This document shows, in pieces, positions 1 through 7,949 of a stretch of DNA of 14,660 nt. Every line of letters begins with the position of its first letter. The stretch's first letter is position 1. The stretch lies in contig JAXSMZ010000031.1 of the NCBI GenBank assembly GCA_037924335.1, positions 1 to 14,660 on the forward strand, read 5' to 3'. The translations under genes were made by a program, and so were the position numbers. The notes under the pieces are model-generated. The model had not been told where the DNA came from, did no database searches, and worked only from the letters and a program-made list of their open reading frames with translations. Source of the stretch: Aquificaceae bacterium. Its GTDB lineage: Bacteria; Aquificota; Aquificia; Aquificales; Aquificaceae.

Positions 1-64
1 TAAGCCTCTCCATTCCTCCCTTAAAAGTTTCTGGGTTAAAGGCAGTCATTATAAGGGCTTTCAT
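1..64 (-). CDS. Partial CDS (N-terminus only), probable family 4 (GT-B) glycosyltransferase
   Basis: Not in the ORF track. ATG at 64 on the minus strand reads MKALIMTAFNPETFKGGMERL to the window edge. A hydrophobic first strand followed by GG-x-E-R is typical of GT4 N-termini. TATAAT lies 9 nt upstream. Confidence 0.65.
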   Translation of the reverse strand, partial: MKALIMTAFNPETFKGGMERL

Positions 65-73
65 ACAAAAACT

Positions 74-81
74 ATTATACT
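74..81. promoter_or_regulatory. Overlapping divergent -10 elements (TATACT + 76-81; TATAAT - 79-74)
   Basis: Only 24 bp (65-88) separate two head-to-head ATGs. The hexamers end 7 nt and 9 nt before the start codons. No Shine-Dalgarno on either side and no clear -35. Confidence 0.55.
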
Positions 82-88
82 TTTTATT

Positions 89-322
89 ATGAAGCTTATG
101 TACTTTGCCCTTCTAAAAGAAAGGTTGAAGAAGGAAGAGGAAGAGATGGATTTCAAAGGAAGTCTGGCAGAACTGAGGGAGTTTCTCATAAAAAAGTATC
201 CAGAGTTGAGAGATCTCTTCAAGGTTATCAAGTTTGCCGTTAATGAAGAGTACGCAGATGATTCTTATAGGCTGAAAGGTGATGAGAGGGTGGCTCTCAT
301 ACTTCCAGTAAGCGGTGGATAA
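89..322 (+). CDS. moaD: MoaD/ThiS family sulfur-carrier protein (molybdopterin synthase small subunit-like)
   Basis: 77 aa with N-terminal YFALLKE, FAVNEEY, and LKGDERVALILPVSGG ending in the di-glycine C-terminus. Confidence 0.88.
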   Translation: MKLMYFALLKERLKKEEEEMDFKGSLAELREFLIKKYPELRDLFKVIKFAVNEEYADDSYRLKGDERVALILPVSGG

Positions 323-1244
323 GAGAGCTCTTATAATAAGGCTTTCTTCCCTTGGTGATGTAGTCCTCTCTTCCTGCGTCATAGACCCACTTATCGGAAA
401 GGGCTACATACCGTATATCTTTACCTTTGAACCATACGGAGTTGTTTTTGAGGATGACAGAAGATTGAAAGTCATTCAGGTAAAGAAGGGCAAGCTGTTT
501 AGCAGAGAGACTCTAAAGAGCATCAAAGGCTTTGACCTCTACTTGGACCTTCATAAAAATTTCAAAACTCTTATTCTAAAAACCTTGCTAGGAGGAAGAT
601 GGAAAACTTATAGGAAGCAATCCCTTAGAAGAAGACTTTCCGTCTATATAGAAAGCCTTAGAAAACCTTTCAACGTTGTGGAAGCATACCTTCAAGCTAT
701 TGGGGAAAGAGAAGGAAGGCCAAAAATTCATGTGTCTCAGGAAAGGCTGAAAAGATGGAGAGAAAAGCTGGGGGATGACTACATATCCATTGGAGCTGGT
801 GCAAAGTACAGGAAAAAGATGTATCCATACTTCGGAGATGTGTGTGATCTTCTGAGAAAACATGGCTATAGAGTTGTATTCGTTGGAGATGATGCGGACT
901 CTAAACTTGTAAGTAGTTGGAAGGGTACAAATCTGTGCGGCAAGTTATCCCTGATAGATACGTTGGCTGTGATAAAGACATCCAAGCTGTTCATAGGCAA
1001 TGATTCGGGGCTTCTTCATATGGCAAGAGCTGTTGGGACAAAAGCCGTACAGATCTATGGGGGGACACATCCAACTCTTGGCTTTTCTCTTTATCCAGAC
1101 GAGGGGAAGGTCCTGTTCAAAGGGATCAAGTGTCAACCTTGTAGTATACACGGTGAGGACGTATGCAAGTATGGTACTTATGAATGTCTTGATATAAAGC
1201 CCCAAGAGGTCATAGCTTCTGCTATTGGGTTGCTTGAGGCTTAA
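315..1244 (+). CDS. Glycosyltransferase family 9, ADP-heptose:LPS heptosyltransferase (WaaF-like)
   Basis: Motifs IIRLSSLGDVVL, DLH, NLCGKLSL, GNDSGLLHMARAVG, IYGGT and a C-terminal CQPC..C..C. The GTG start overlaps the end of moaD by 8 nt. Confidence 0.9.
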   Translation: MDKRALIIRLSSLGDVVLSSCVIDPLIGKGYIPYIFTFEPYGVVFEDDRRLKVIQVKKGKLFSRETLKSIKGFDLYLDLHKNFKTLILKTLLGGRWKTYRKQSLRRRLSVYIESLRKPFNVVEAYLQAIGEREGRPKIHVSQERLKRWREKLGDDYISIGAGAKYRKKMYPYFGDVCDLLRKHGYRVVFVGDDADSKLVSSWKGTNLCGKLSLIDTLAVIKTSKLFIGNDSGLLHMARAVGTKAVQIYGGTHPTLGFSLYPDEGKVLFKGIKCQPCSIHGEDVCKYGTYECLDIKPQEVIASAIGLLEA

Positions 1245-1266
1245 ATTTAATGGTAGGAGGTGTCTA

Positions 1267-1455
1267 ATGGCGAGACTTGTAAAACATACTGAGAAAGGAC
1301 CTTACAAGCTTGAGGTTGGAGAGGAAACTTATTACATATGTCAGTGCGGCCTATCAAAGAAGTTACCTTTCTGCGACGGCTCTCACAAAAGAACCAGGGA
1401 CGAAGAGAACGGAAAAGTATATGTGTACGATGAGAAGGGAAGAGTAGAGGTCTAA
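1267..1455 (+). CDS. CDGSH iron-sulfur domain protein (single [2Fe-2S] domain), 62 aa
   Basis: Exact CDGSH motif CQCGLSKKLPFCDGSH. Strong SD AGGAGGT at 1255-1261 supports ATG 1267 rather than the track start at 1225. Confidence 0.93.
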   Translation: MARLVKHTEKGPYKLEVGEETYYICQCGLSKKLPFCDGSHKRTRDEENGKVYVYDEKGRVEV

Positions 1456-1467
1456 GGAGGGATAGCT

Positions 1468-1887
1468 ATGGTTATAAAAGGAGTTAACTTCTGGAGTTTT
1501 CTCTTTGCAAGTCAGATGGGCGGTTATGCCATGGTTCTTCTCGATGGAGTCTATTCCAAATGGTTCGGGCTTTTTGGCATGTTCCCGGGACTGAAAGACC
1601 CAGCGTGGTTCATACACCATCAGATTGACGCTACTCTCTTTTCAATTCCCCTTGTTCTTCCAGCTGTGTGGAACAGGCTACCCGGTGCAGGGGTCGTGAA
1701 AGGGATCATCTACGGCGTTCTATGGCACATATTTGTGATAATAGTCTCAATCATAGGGTCCTTTGGTGGTGCAGAGTGGTTCCAAAGACCAATGATTTTA
1801 AATGCTCAGGTTTCTACCTTTATACTTCACATAGTCTGGGGTGGTCTCGTTGGGTTTCTTTACAGCCCAGAAGCTACGCACTCATAA
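1468..1887 (+). CDS. Uncharacterised integral membrane protein (about 4 TM helices) with His/Asp in hydrophobic segments
   Basis: 139 aa and strongly hydrophobic. SD AAGGAGG at 1454-1460. Segments WFIHHQID, GIIYGVLWH and LHIVWGGLVG. Confidence 0.85.
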   Translation: MVIKGVNFWSFLFASQMGGYAMVLLDGVYSKWFGLFGMFPGLKDPAWFIHHQIDATLFSIPLVLPAVWNRLPGAGVVKGIIYGVLWHIFVIIVSIIGSFGGAEWFQRPMILNAQVSTFILHIVWGGLVGFLYSPEATHS

Positions 1888-4800
1888 TGTTTTCAACGGG
1901 AAAAACCTTAGATATCCCGCCCCTGCTCGTTACACCAATGAGCCTGTCTGCAAAGGAAGCAAGGACCTCGCGCAATGTCACAACTATAAACTGAGCTTGC
2001 TCTGACCTTCTTTTGATCAGCTCCCCTACCTTCCTTGCATTTGCCTCGTCAAGGTGTGCATCAACCTCGTCAAAGTAGTAGAAAGGGGAAGGTTTGTACT
2101 CCTGTATGGCGAATATTAGAGATAGAGCTGCCAGTGTCTTTTCTCCACCAGATATGGCTTCTAAGTACTGAACTTCCTTCCCCCTTGGTTTTACAACCAA
2201 GTTTATACCACCGGAGAAGGGGTCCTTTTCTTTCTCTAACTCCATGTAAGCCCTTCCACCGGGTGAGAGCTCCGAAAAAATTCTTTTAAGACTTCTGTTT
2301 ATGCTCTCAAAAGATTCCATAAAAACTCTCAGCTTTTTAGTCTCAACCTCCTGTATCATCTCTTTTATAGCCTTTTTTTCCTCTTCCATCTTTTTATACC
2401 TCTCCTGGTAATCTTTGTATCTGACTTCGTGCTCCTTATAATCCTCCTCTGCTTTGAAGTTTAAAGCTCCAAGCCTTTCAATTTCCCCTTCCATTGTACC
2501 TATCTCCTCTTTTATCTTTGTGTAACTGTACTTTACATCCTCAAAAGTTCCAGACCAATTTAGTTCTTCAAGCCTATCCATCAGTTCTTTCAACCTCTCC
2601 TCCAATTTCAATTTCTCAAGCTCTAGCTTCTGCAACCCTTCCCTATTGCTATCTTCGTATATTCTGAGTTTGCCAAGCTCTGACTGTATGCTTCTGCAAG
2701 CATCTTCCAATCTGTCCCTTTGAGAGTACAGTTCGTATGCTGTTCTCTCTAACTCCTTTATGCTTTCCTCCAAACTCCTCTTCTCACTCAGAAGGTTTTC
2801 ATACTCTTTTTGAATTCCTTCTAAGGTGTTTTGGGATTCATCAAGAAAAGCCATCTTCCTCCCAATCTCGGTGCGTAAAGCTTCTATCTCCCTCTGAACA
2901 TCCTTCAGTTTCATATTAATGGAGAAGGCTTCTTCTTTTAGTTTGTCAAGGATACTCTTTGACTTTTCGTATTCTGCCCTAACCTTCTCTATACCAGAAT
3001 CTCTGTAGTAAGCCATTATAGACTGCTTTTTTATAGTTAAGTTGTTGAGCTTTTCTTCCATGTATGAAAGATGGTCTGTGAGTTCATCCCTTTCCCTCTT
3101 AAGCCTCTTCTTTTCCTCTTCAAGCAAAGACTTGTACTCTTCTGCCTTTTTTAGTCTCTCTTCCATTTCCTTTAGTTTATCAAAGCCTTTTTTATCCAAC
3201 TCTTCCACTTCCTTTAGCCTTCTTTCGAGCACTTTTAGCACACCCTCCTTTTCTATGAGGTCCTCCCTTTCAACCCTTATCAGCTTCTCCGCTTGCTCCT
3301 CCTCCTGTATGAGCTTCTTCTCTATCCCAGAGAGCCTATCTATCTCCTCTAAATACATGCTTCTCCCCAAGCTAACCCTGCTGTCTGAATAGCCCCCACT
3401 TATAACTCCAGACTTCTCAAATACTTCTCCATCAAGGGTTACCATCCTATTGTTCCCTACACCGATGTCCTTTGCCCTTTGAAAGCTCTCAACTACTATC
3501 GTATCCCCAAAGACAAACTTCACTGCCCTTTCAAACTTTATGTCATACTCAACTAGGTTCACGGCAAAGTCTATAACTCCAACTCTTCTCGGGTAGGGTG
3601 GTAAACCAAAGGTCTTTATCCTGTTTAGGGGAATGAAGTTCATTCTCCCAGCCTTGAGCTCTACAAGTCTATTTATACACTCTTTGGCAACTTCTTCGTT
3701 CTCAACTACTATGTAAGATAGCCTTGCTCCACCTGCCGCTTCTATAGCTTTGAGATATTCCAAATCCTTCACCCTTATGAGGTCTGCTACCCTTCCATAA
3801 ACTCCATCTATTCCATCAAAGGGCAAAAGGTCACCCTCTATACTGCTCAGTTTTGATTCAAGAACGGCCTTTTGACGTAGGACCTCCTCCCTCTCCAGCC
3901 TTATCTTTTTGAGCTTTTCCTCAGCACTCTGTACAATCTGTCTTTTCCTCCTGATGGAAGCCTCTTCCTCCTTCCACATCCTTTGGTAGTTTTCCTTTCT
4001 GATGAGGCTCTCTCCAAGCTCAGCCTTTAGCCTTTCCTTATCTTGAAAAAGGTCTTTCATATCTTGAGAGACCCTCTCCATTTTTATCTCCAGTTCTTTA
4101 TGTTTTAGTTCAATGTCCACTATCTTCCTCCTTTCTTTTTCTATCTCTTCCCTAAGGGCGTTTATCCTTTCTTCAGTCTTGCTTGCTTCTTCGAAGGATA
4201 CTTTCAGACCTTCTTCTTTCCCTTTGAGTAGATTGTAGACCTCATCCACTCTCTGTCCTATTGTCTCTATCTCCTTTTCTTTTTCCACTAACTGTGCCTT
4301 TGTAAGCTTTTCCTCTTGAAGAAGCTTTTTGAGCTCCGTATCCATGCGTTTTATATGCTCCTCAGCAAAGACCCTTTCCTTTTCTATCTCTCCCCTTTTT
4401 TTGTCCAATTCCAAAACCTTATTCTGTATGTGTTCCATATCTGAGCTTAGTCTTCCTACCTTTTCTTTGAAGGGGAAAAGTTGAGAGTTGATGACCTTTA
4501 GCTCCTCCTCCCTTTTGGCGTACTCTTTTTCCATTTCCTTTATCTTTCCTCTTAGCTCCTGAAGCTCAGAGCTCTTTAGCTTTATATCTTCCTCAACCTT
4601 GCTGATGGATGACCTAACAGCCAGCGCCTCTTTCATGTATATCCTTATCTTCCAATCCCTCAAAAGATTCTGAAGTTCTTTGTATCTTACCAGTTTCTTT
4701 ACTTCCTCAGACAGTCTTTCCATCTGAACTTCCATTTCATCCATAAGTAGCCTGAGCTCTCTTATTTTTAGCTCTACTTCTCCAAGGTCTGCAAGAGCCT

Positions 4801-5326
4801 TCTGCTTTTTCTCTTCGTACTCTCCTATACCGGCTATCTCCTCTATGAGCTTCCTTCTCTCTACTGGGGTCATCTTGAGAAAACGAACTATGTCCCCCTG
4901 AAGCACTACGTTGTAAGCGTTCTCATAGATGCCTACCTTTGAGAGAAGTTCCTTTAGTTCCCTTTCTTTAACCAATGAGCCGTTCACCCTAAAGACGCTC
5001 CTACCATCCTGGTCAACCTTTCGGGAAATGACAACATCCTCCTGCTCTAGGGGGAAGGCTCCCATGTTCTTAAAGTGTACCTCTACGTAAGCAGAGTCTG
5101 CTCTCTCCCCATCCCTTGAAAATATTAGATAGGATAGATTTTTGGCTCTTAGGGTTTTTGATGTGGCAAGGCCTAAGGCAAAGGAAAGGGCGTCTCCTAT
5201 GTTGGACTTACCTGCACCGTTTGGACCAACTATGGCAATTACACCCTTCCCTAAGGGTATATCCAACCTCTCCCTACCGTAAGACTTAAACCCTTCTACA
5301 ACTATTTTATCTATCCATGCTTCCAT
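1874..5326 (-). CDS. smc: Chromosome segregation protein SMC (archaeal-type)
   Basis: Walker A GPNGAGKSN, Q-loop VLQGD, long coiled coils, hinge GEVFEKSGVISGG, signature ISGGEK, Walker B/D-loop YFDEVDAHLD. ATG 5326 overlaps the fbp stop (TGATG); an alternative TTG lies at 5329. Confidence 0.97.
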   Translation of the reverse strand: MEAWIDKIVVEGFKSYGRERLDIPLGKGVIAIVGPNGAGKSNIGDALSFALGLATSKTLRAKNLSYLIFSRDGERADSAYVEVHFKNMGAFPLEQEDVVISRKVDQDGRSVFRVNGSLVKERELKELLSKVGIYENAYNVVLQGDIVRFLKMTPVERRKLIEEIAGIGEYEEKKQKALADLGEVELKIRELRLLMDEMEVQMERLSEEVKKLVRYKELQNLLRDWKIRIYMKEALAVRSSISKVEEDIKLKSSELQELRGKIKEMEKEYAKREEELKVINSQLFPFKEKVGRLSSDMEHIQNKVLELDKKRGEIEKERVFAEEHIKRMDTELKKLLQEEKLTKAQLVEKEKEIETIGQRVDEVYNLLKGKEEGLKVSFEEASKTEERINALREEIEKERRKIVDIELKHKELEIKMERVSQDMKDLFQDKERLKAELGESLIRKENYQRMWKEEEASIRRKRQIVQSAEEKLKKIRLEREEVLRQKAVLESKLSSIEGDLLPFDGIDGVYGRVADLIRVKDLEYLKAIEAAGGARLSYIVVENEEVAKECINRLVELKAGRMNFIPLNRIKTFGLPPYPRRVGVIDFAVNLVEYDIKFERAVKFVFGDTIVVESFQRAKDIGVGNNRMVTLDGEVFEKSGVISGGYSDSRVSLGRSMYLEEIDRLSGIEKKLIQEEEQAEKLIRVEREDLIEKEGVLKVLERRLKEVEELDKKGFDKLKEMEERLKKAEEYKSLLEEEKKRLKRERDELTDHLSYMEEKLNNLTIKKQSIMAYYRDSGIEKVRAEYEKSKSILDKLKEEAFSINMKLKDVQREIEALRTEIGRKMAFLDESQNTLEGIQKEYENLLSEKRSLEESIKELERTAYELYSQRDRLEDACRSIQSELGKLRIYEDSNREGLQKLELEKLKLEERLKELMDRLEELNWSGTFEDVKYSYTKIKEEIGTMEGEIERLGALNFKAEEDYKEHEVRYKDYQERYKKMEEEKKAIKEMIQEVETKKLRVFMESFESINRSLKRIFSELSPGGRAYMELEKEKDPFSGGINLVVKPRGKEVQYLEAISGGEKTLAALSLIFAIQEYKPSPFYYFDEVDAHLDEANARKVGELIKRRSEQAQFIVVTLREVLASFADRLIGVTSRGGISKVFPVENIMSA

Positions 5327-6471
5327 CAATCTAAGTCATGCTTCTCTGAGTGTTCCTCTACAGGCTTTCTTGGTGCCTCTACTTCGTAGAACCTATCTTC
5401 CAACTTCTTGAGTATCTTTGGCAATGTTGTGTACTCCATCTCCTCCGATGGTAGCCTGTGAGGCTCGAAGATGCCTTGCCTTCTGAGTATGTCTGCCATG
5501 AGCTGGGCTCTTTCCCTTGCTCTGTCAAAGGCTGGGTCATCAAAGAGATCCCTTGGACCTATGAACTTTCCATTTGCAAGTTGATAACCGGCAGCTATAA
5601 CTCTCGGTGGGCCATCAAATCTTGTAGGCTTTGCCTGCTCAAAAGATACTGGCATGAGAGGTCCATTGTGGGAGCCTCTCATCCACCCTTCTACTATCCA
5701 AGGTCTCGCAAAGGGTTCTAATATCTCTCCAACGGCTGGAAAACCTGCCTGTGCCCTCACCATCATAACTGGGTCATCCTTGCCTATGTACTTACCCGCT
5801 ATAAGGGATAGCCTTTGGGTTGATGCAACAGCTGCTATCTCTCCATCGTTGTTTCTCCATATACTCCTTACAGCATACCTCTCAACTGTACCTATAAGGG
5901 CAAGAAGTTCGTAAAGCTCTGAGGGTGTGGAAAGCTTTACAGCCTTCCCAGTGTAAGTGTCTAGAACTTCAAAAGTGAAACCATCATGCATCTTTGGGTC
6001 TATAACAAGTCCTGGGCATACCATAGGGTCTGCAAACATCTCATAGAGGGGTAGACTCCAAGCGCTTGGTGCTGTTTTGTCGGCAAAGAATACGATCACT
6101 GGTTCCGAAGGTCTCTCTTCAAACTCCATCTCGGCAACGCCAGGCCCCATACCTTTCACATTTCCAGAGAAGGCTGTGGATATGAGGTCTTGACCAGCAC
6201 CGTAGAGCTTTAGCCTCTTTGCTACTTCTGTAGCCTTCTCAAAAGCCTTCCATGCTATGCTGTGAACTATTTCACTATCAACTCCGTGAGTGTGAGCCAT
6301 AACAATTGCCGTATCATCTCCACATACCAGAGTATCAGCATCTATAAGCACTCCCTTTTTAACTTCTTCTTTTACAAATTCCCTTATGGTATCCACAAGG
6401 TCTGGGTGAACTGCAGAATGCCCCACATAGCCTCCTACATCGGCCTTGATAACGCTCAAAGTTACCTTCAT
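5326..6471 (-). CDS. fbp: Bifunctional fructose-1,6-bisphosphate aldolase/phosphatase (class V FBPase)
   Basis: Motifs IKADVGG, GDD, YGAGQDL, GNVKGMGPGVAEM, ADKT, YIGKDDP (catalytic Tyr and Schiff-base Lys), GWMRGSH and FDGPPRV. SD AGGAGGT at 6483-6477. Confidence 0.97.
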   Translation of the reverse strand: MKVTLSVIKADVGGYVGHSAVHPDLVDTIREFVKEEVKKGVLIDADTLVCGDDTAIVMAHTHGVDSEIVHSIAWKAFEKATEVAKRLKLYGAGQDLISTAFSGNVKGMGPGVAEMEFEERPSEPVIVFFADKTAPSAWSLPLYEMFADPMVCPGLVIDPKMHDGFTFEVLDTYTGKAVKLSTPSELYELLALIGTVERYAVRSIWRNNDGEIAAVASTQRLSLIAGKYIGKDDPVMMVRAQAGFPAVGEILEPFARPWIVEGWMRGSHNGPLMPVSFEQAKPTRFDGPPRVIAAGYQLANGKFIGPRDLFDDPAFDRARERAQLMADILRRQGIFEPHRLPSEEMEYTTLPKILKKLEDRFYEVEAPRKPVEEHSEKHDLD

Positions 6472-6501
6472 CTGAAACCTCCTTTATCTGTTTTCTTAAA
6501 T

Positions 6502-6530
6502 ATTTTAGATGATAAATACATAACTTGCAA
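6502..6530 (-). promoter_or_regulatory. Putative sigma70 promoter of fbp-smc
   Basis: TTGCAA (6530-6525), 17 nt spacer, TAAAAT (6507-6502). Confidence 0.65.
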
Positions 6531-6552
6531 AGGTCATGAAAGGAGCTATTAT
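6525..6552 (+). promoter_or_regulatory. Putative sigma70 promoter of hypCDX
   Basis: TTGCAA (6525-6530), 16 nt spacer, TATTAT (6547-6552). It uses the same palindromic hexamer as the fbp promoter. Confidence 0.5.
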
Positions 6553-6558
6553 TATTAT

Positions 6559-6574
6559 ATGAATAGTTATTCGT
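6559..6574. promoter_or_regulatory. Imperfect palindrome, candidate repressor operator (TetR-type)
   Basis: ATGAATA-GT-TATTCGT with a perfect core GAATA-N2-TATTC, lying between the hypC -10 and its RBS (AAGGGGTG, 6578-6585). Confidence 0.5.
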
Positions 6575-6589
6575 TAAAAGGGGTGCATC

Positions 6590-6826
6590 ATGTGTCTTTC
6601 CATACCTTCTAGAGTCGTGGAAGTAAAGGAAGATAAGACAGCCCTTGTAGATACAATGGGAGTCAGAAGGGTAATTTCCTTAGAGTTGTTATCTGAGGAT
6701 GTAAAGGAGAATGATTGGGTTCTGGTACATGTAGGCTTTGCTATTGAGAAATTAGATGAGGAAGAAGCTTTGAAAACATTAGAGCTTTTTGAGGACATAC
6801 TCAGGATGGAAGAACATGAGAACTGA
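6590..6826 (+). CDS. hypC: [NiFe]-hydrogenase maturation chaperone HypC
   Basis: N-terminal MCLSIP with the essential Cys, WVLVHVGFAI, 78 aa. Confidence 0.97.
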   Translation: MCLSIPSRVVEVKEDKTALVDTMGVRRVISLELLSEDVKENDWVLVHVGFAIEKLDEEEALKTLELFEDILRMEEHEN

Positions 6827-7949
6827 GCAGGTTGACCTTAGGGGTGAATTCAGAGACAGCAAAAGGGTGAAAGCCCTGGAGATAAAAATAAAAGAAGCAG
6901 TGGAGAGGATGGGTGATGTGGTTCACATAATGGAGTTTTGCGGTGGTCATACGCACGCGATAATGAAGTATGGTATAGATGACCTGCTCAAAGGATACGT
7001 GAGGTTTGTACATGGTCCTGGATGTCCTGTTTGCGTCATGCCCATGCAGAGGGTAGACCTTGCCCTTGAGATGGCAAGGCTTCCAAACACCATCCTATGC
7101 ACCTATGGAGACCTTTTGAGAGTTCCAGGCTCTGGTGGGAAGAGTTTGCTGAAGCTAAGAGCCGAAGGTTACGACATAAGGGGGGTTTATTCATGTCTTG
7201 ACTCTATAAAAATAGCCAGTGAGAATCCTAAGAAAAACCTTATATTCTTTGCCATAGGTTTCGAAACAACAACACCACAGACTGCAGTGCTTCTTTTAAA
7301 TGCCAAAAGGATGGGTATAAAGAACCTCTTTGTAGTTTCCAACCACGTTATAACACCTGCTGCCATACAGCACATACTGAACTCACCTGAGATGAGACAG
7401 ATAGGAAGTGTTAGGATAGATGCTTTCATAGGACCTGGGCATGTTAGCGTTATAATAGGAACGAGACCCTACGAGTACTTTGCTGAGGAGTTTCAAAAGC
7501 CTGTAGTTATATCAGGGTTTGAGCCGGTTGACATACTACAGTCCGTTTATATGATAGTCATGCAGACCATCAGGAAGGAAGCCAAGGTGGAAAATCAGTA
7601 CACAAGGTTTGTATCCTACGAAGGAAATCATAAGGCTCAAAGGTTGGTGTCAGAAGTTTTTGAGCTGAGAAAGGAGTTCGAATGGAGAGGACTTGGAACA
7701 GTTCCTTACAGCGCCCTAAAGATAAAGAAAGAGTATAAGGAGATGGATGCAGAGGAGATTTTTAAAATAAGCCTGTCAAAACCCAAAGAGCATCCATCTT
7801 GCATATGCGGAAAGGTCATAAGGGGTGTTGCTTTGCCTACCGATTGCAAGCTCTTTGGAAACGTATGCACACCATCCAATCCCATAGGATCTTGTATGGT
7901 CTCATCTGAGGGTGCATGCGCTGCTTACTTTAAGTACAAGAAGCTATGA
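6816..7949 (+). CDS. hypD: [NiFe]-hydrogenase maturation protein HypD
   Basis: Motifs MEFCGGHTH, GPGCPVC, GFETT, PGHVS, a C-terminal Cys cluster and GSCMVSSEGACAA. ATG 6816, overlapping hypC by 11 nt, is preferred to TTG 6789. Confidence 0.97.
   Translation: MRTEQVDLRGEFRDSKRVKALEIKIKEAVERMGDVVHIMEFCGGHTHAIMKYGIDDLLKGYVRFVHGPGCPVCVMPMQRVDLALEMARLPNTILCTYGDLLRVPGSGGKSLLKLRAEGYDIRGVYSCLDSIKIASENPKKNLIFFAIGFETTTPQTAVLLLNAKRMGIKNLFVVSNHVITPAAIQHILNSPEMRQIGSVRIDAFIGPGHVSVIIGTRPYEYFAEEFQKPVVISGFEPVDILQSVYMIVMQTIRKEAKVENQYTRFVSYEGNHKAQRLVSEVFELRKEFEWRGLGTVPYSALKIKKEYKEMDAEEIFKISLSKPKEHPSCICGKVIRGVALPTDCKLFGNVCTPSNPIGSCMVSSEGACAAYFKYKKL

Noticed and set aside
1225..1266. N-terminal extension of the CDGSH protein given by the ORF track
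   Set aside because: It overlaps the GT9 gene, and a strong SD sits directly before ATG 1267.
3042..3392. Ser/Leu/Phe-rich 116-aa ORF on the + strand
   Set aside because: It is the antisense shadow of the Glu/Lys-rich SMC coiled coil.
6510..6545. Possible sigma54 promoter around TTGCA
   Set aside because: There is no GG at the -24 position on either strand.
6547..6558. (TAT)4 repeat in the hypC -10 region as a phase-variation tract
   Set aside because: It is too short, is expected in AT-rich promoter DNA, and slippage would not change the -35/-10 spacer.
6789..6815. Upstream TTG start for hypD
   Set aside because: It gives a longer overlap with hypC; ATG 6816 gives a more typical HypD N-terminus.
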